Assembly (NCBI GenBank): GCA_026770705.1
Contig: JANJGN010000013.1
Coordinates: forward strand, 98,642,001-98,706,000
DNA: 64,000 nucleotides
Direction: 5' to 3'
Source: Isurus oxyrinchus
Lineage: Eukaryota
The notes under the pieces are model-generated. The model did no database searches. It worked only from the letters and a program-made list of their open reading frames with translations, and had not been told where the DNA came from. The position numbers and the translations under genes are program-made. Each line of letters opens with the position of its first letter. Within the stretch, counting starts at the first letter, position 1. Below, one piece after another: positions 60,825-64,000 of the stretch.

Positions 60825-62533
60825 GGGCCCTAACTTCCGAGCTCCACAGTGTTGGATTGGTTGGGGGAGGCGGGGTAGCCCAAAGATGTGCTGGGGAATC
60901 CCTCTTGGTACTTTACAGGTTAAGGGTTTGCACAGCAATTGCCCAGAAGTACAAACTTCCTTTGGGCAATTGTGATGTGCCTGGAACCATCCGAAAATGC
61001 GATTTAAAATGCAAACTTTGGATGGTTCCGGCTGTGATACACAAACAGTTACCCAGATAAAGTTAGAAGAATTTAAACCTCTTATAACTTCAGGGTAACT
61101 ATTGGAAAGACCGAGACCATGGGACTCCCTCCCACACCCCCAACATTCCTGGGGACACCCCCCACCATCCTACCCCTCCGACTAAACACTCCCCTACGGT
61201 ATACCCCACTCCTCCGACTCCCCATGGGATTTCCCCCTTACCACTTCCAACAGAACCCAACCCCCCCTCCCCGCAGGCCCGACAACCCCCTATCCAACCT
61301 GATCACACCCCCGACCCGACCCCACCACACCCTCGCCCCGCAGTCTCGACACCGCCCCCACCCAGACCAACCACCCTGCAGGCCTGACCTGAGCCTGCCC
61401 CCATGTTCCAACCTCCCCTTCCCGCAAGCTCGAATCCCCCACGAGCCAACACGACCCAATGACCCCCGACCTCCAACCCAGTCCCCCCACCCAAGGCCCA
61501 AACACCCACAACCTCCAACTCCAGCCTGAACACCGAACCACCCACTCCCCACGCCCCCGAAGTCCAAACCCCCACACTCCTCACCCACCTTGAGGTCCGA
61601 ACCCCCTCTCACCCCCAAGGTCTGAGCCCCACCCCTCCCCAAGGTCCAGCCCCTCACACCCCACAACCCAACCCCACCCAAAGTTTGACCCTTCCCCCAC
61701 CCCCCACCCCCACCCCCAAAGCTCTGACCTCCCCACACCACTCACCCCGCCGAGGTCCGACTCCCCATACAACCTGCCCCCACCGAGGTCTGACCCCCCC
61801 ACATCCCCCATCCTCCCCCCCAGGTCCAACACCCCCAACTGTCCCCGCACCACCCCTGAGGTCCAACACACTACCCCCCCCCACCCCACTCCCAGTGTTC
61901 CAAACGCCCTAACATCCCCTTTGGTACAACTGCCACTCCCCTCCACTCAACCCCACTGCACCTGAGGTCCGACCCCCCAACCCCACCCCCACTGAGTTCA
62001 GACACTCCCCAGCACCGCTACCCCTCCCACACCACCCATCCCCCAAGGTATGACTCCCCCTCTGCCCAAGGTCTGACCTGCCCCAGCTCTCCCTCCCCCT
62101 GAGTTCCAACCACCCAACACACCGACCACCGAGGCCCCATCCCTCATTCCTCCAGCCCTTCACCCCCTGCAGTCCAACCCCCTCTCAACACCCCCATGCC
62201 CACCTCTCATGAGGCCAATTCCCCAACCTGCCCCCATGCCCCCCCCCCCACAAGGTCCGACCCCCACCGTCCCCCCCACCCTCCACTGAGTTCCGACACC
62301 CCTCCCAACACGCCCATTCACCTACCCCACCCCAAGCTGACCCCGCAGCCTTATTTTTCAATCCGACTCTGCAGAACGGCAACACTGGGTCTTGTGGACA
62401 GCTGCGCTGCTTGGATCTTGCCCGGCCTGAGTCGGAAGGTCAGGTGAGACAGGCACAGAAGACATTTTGAGTAAGTAATTGGGCACTGAGTGGCAATTTG
62501 TGTCGGATTGCCACTCCAAGGAAATTATAGCCC
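60825..62533. mobile_element. Harbinger-like non-autonomous element with expanded C-rich minisatellite
   Basis: Imperfect TIRs gggccctaacttcc and ggaaattatagccc. Internal 61130-62345 degenerate repeat of ccc(c)gaggtccgacccc. Confidence 0.6.
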
Positions 62534-63289
62534 TCAGTCTTGCAATGTCTTTCCGTGATCTTTGTACCAAAAAAAAACGCAATTTTGCTGTGAGAGTTAT
62601 TAGCAAAAATTGTATTATTCTTGTTTAAACTGTCCGTTGTTTTTGTTCACCCTAAGAAAGAATAGCAAAACCAACAGTGAGTTAGTTGTCTCTGTTGAAA
62701 AATGCAGAGAGCTGTGTCTACATACTCTTCATTAATCTGACTCCTACTAGCAACCCAGAGGGCTGTTTACCACTTATCCAAATTGACTCAATCATTTGTC
62801 CATGCAAGTGCAGTACATCAGAAGTGATTCATTAGCATTTGGACTGCTGTTGCATGGTGCTACAATTAATAACAAATCCCTGATTTGGACACAAGAAGGA
62901 ACACTAGCTCCAAACCCTTGGCTCAAAGTAACTCGCAAATTCAGCAGGATATTTCAGCTCAATTGAATATCTGCCATTGGACTCCAACCCATTCTCATAA
63001 AATGGTAATTTAATCAAGGTCATTATGACCGCCCTTCTATTAAATGGTGATGACTGATGAGAAGTATTTCCCCAATTTAAATAACCTAAGTATTGTGACT
63101 ATTGCCTTTATATAGTCAATAGTACAACAGAAAGAAATTATTTTCCATAGCTTCAGTCCTTTTTTTGGCAACCACAAAAGCTCAGCTATAAAATTTAGTT
63201 AGGACGGGGGGGTGGTGGAGGGAAGCAAGAAAAGGTCTGGGAAGAGGCACCGAGGGTGCAAAAGCAGGGTAACCAGTTTGGTGGAGAGG

Positions 63290-63720
63290 AATTTTCAAAT
63301 GGCAGGTGCCTTTGACATCCATCATGCCAATAATGGTATGTAACAATGGGATGCATTCAATCAACATACAACTTGTCCATGACCATCAGGACAGAATAAA
63401 GTCCTTGGATGCCCATAGCACCATTACCGATATCCTGAAAAGAATTGCTCGACATGAGATGCCGGAAAGAAGAGGATGATCACTGAAGAGATGTCAGGCA
63501 AATCAGGCTGCACGAGAGATGCTTTGTACCACCTGCCATTATTTCCACAACCTGCATCTGAAGACACAGATGACCAGACTTTGCTTTTTGAGGCTCCCAA
63601 TCTCACAGTAGGTTGTGACAATAGCTCCAATGGCAAAGGCGAGTGGAAAGGCTTGACAAACTATAACACTGCATAGTTCTTTAGAAGCATCTCAGACTGC
63701 TTGAAATAAGGCATAGCAGG
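63290..63720 (+). pseudogene. Highly decayed Harbinger transposase fragment
   Basis: 63343-63417 encodes NNGMHSINIQLVHDHQDRIKSLDAH, matching NRKGFHSxxVQIVCDH of the 13518-13760 ORF. Confidence 0.6.
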
Positions 63721-64000
63721 AATTGCCACCTGTACTCCGACTCCTCCAACATCATTAACCATATTTCAGGGGGATGGAGTTGCTGCCTCAAGCTGGCCCT
63801 GATGAAAATTGGGAGCGTAGGCTGAGGCACAGTGTATTTGGGCCTCAACCAATTTTCCACTTGCTTCACTGCATTCCAGTCAACTAACGCCAGTATACAT
63901 TCCCTGAGAGCCTTGGATATTTGAGGCCCCGACTTTTAGCCGAAGAAGACTCCAGAAAGTAAACTACAGAGAAGAATATTCAAATTAAAACAATTTTTTA

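Noticed and set aside
61119-62447. Pro-rich and Gly-rich ORFs
   Set aside because: Products of the C-rich minisatellite.

Overview
Vertebrate genomic DNA; the repeat repertoire (CR1, DeuSINE-like SINEs, Penelope-like elements, Harbinger) suggests a cartilaginous fish. There is one host gene: an intronless-CDS Shaker-family K+ channel, KCNA5/Kv1.5 (minus strand, 35674-37287), in a repeat-poor island. The rest is nested transposons: Penelope-like elements (PLEs) with hammerhead-ribozyme motifs and many 100-150 bp 3'-end insertions, two decayed two-gene Harbinger transposons plus MITEs, many CR1 and L2 fragments, a Vingi-like fragment, SINEs and a solo LTR. The most notable observation is an apparently full-length, ORF1-less APE-RT LINE (17404-20904). 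It begins with a tRNA-derived A-box/B-box head, has no TTTT Pol III terminator over about 3.2 kb of its own sense strand, and its head plus tail reproduce a SINE found elsewhere in the window. It is a candidate RNA polymerase III-transcribed autonomous retrotransposon. Second is a non-canonical hammerhead core (CUGU-Y-GA) shared by the young PLE copies. Repeat boundaries were read by eye and are approximate unless a target-site duplication (TSD) is quoted.
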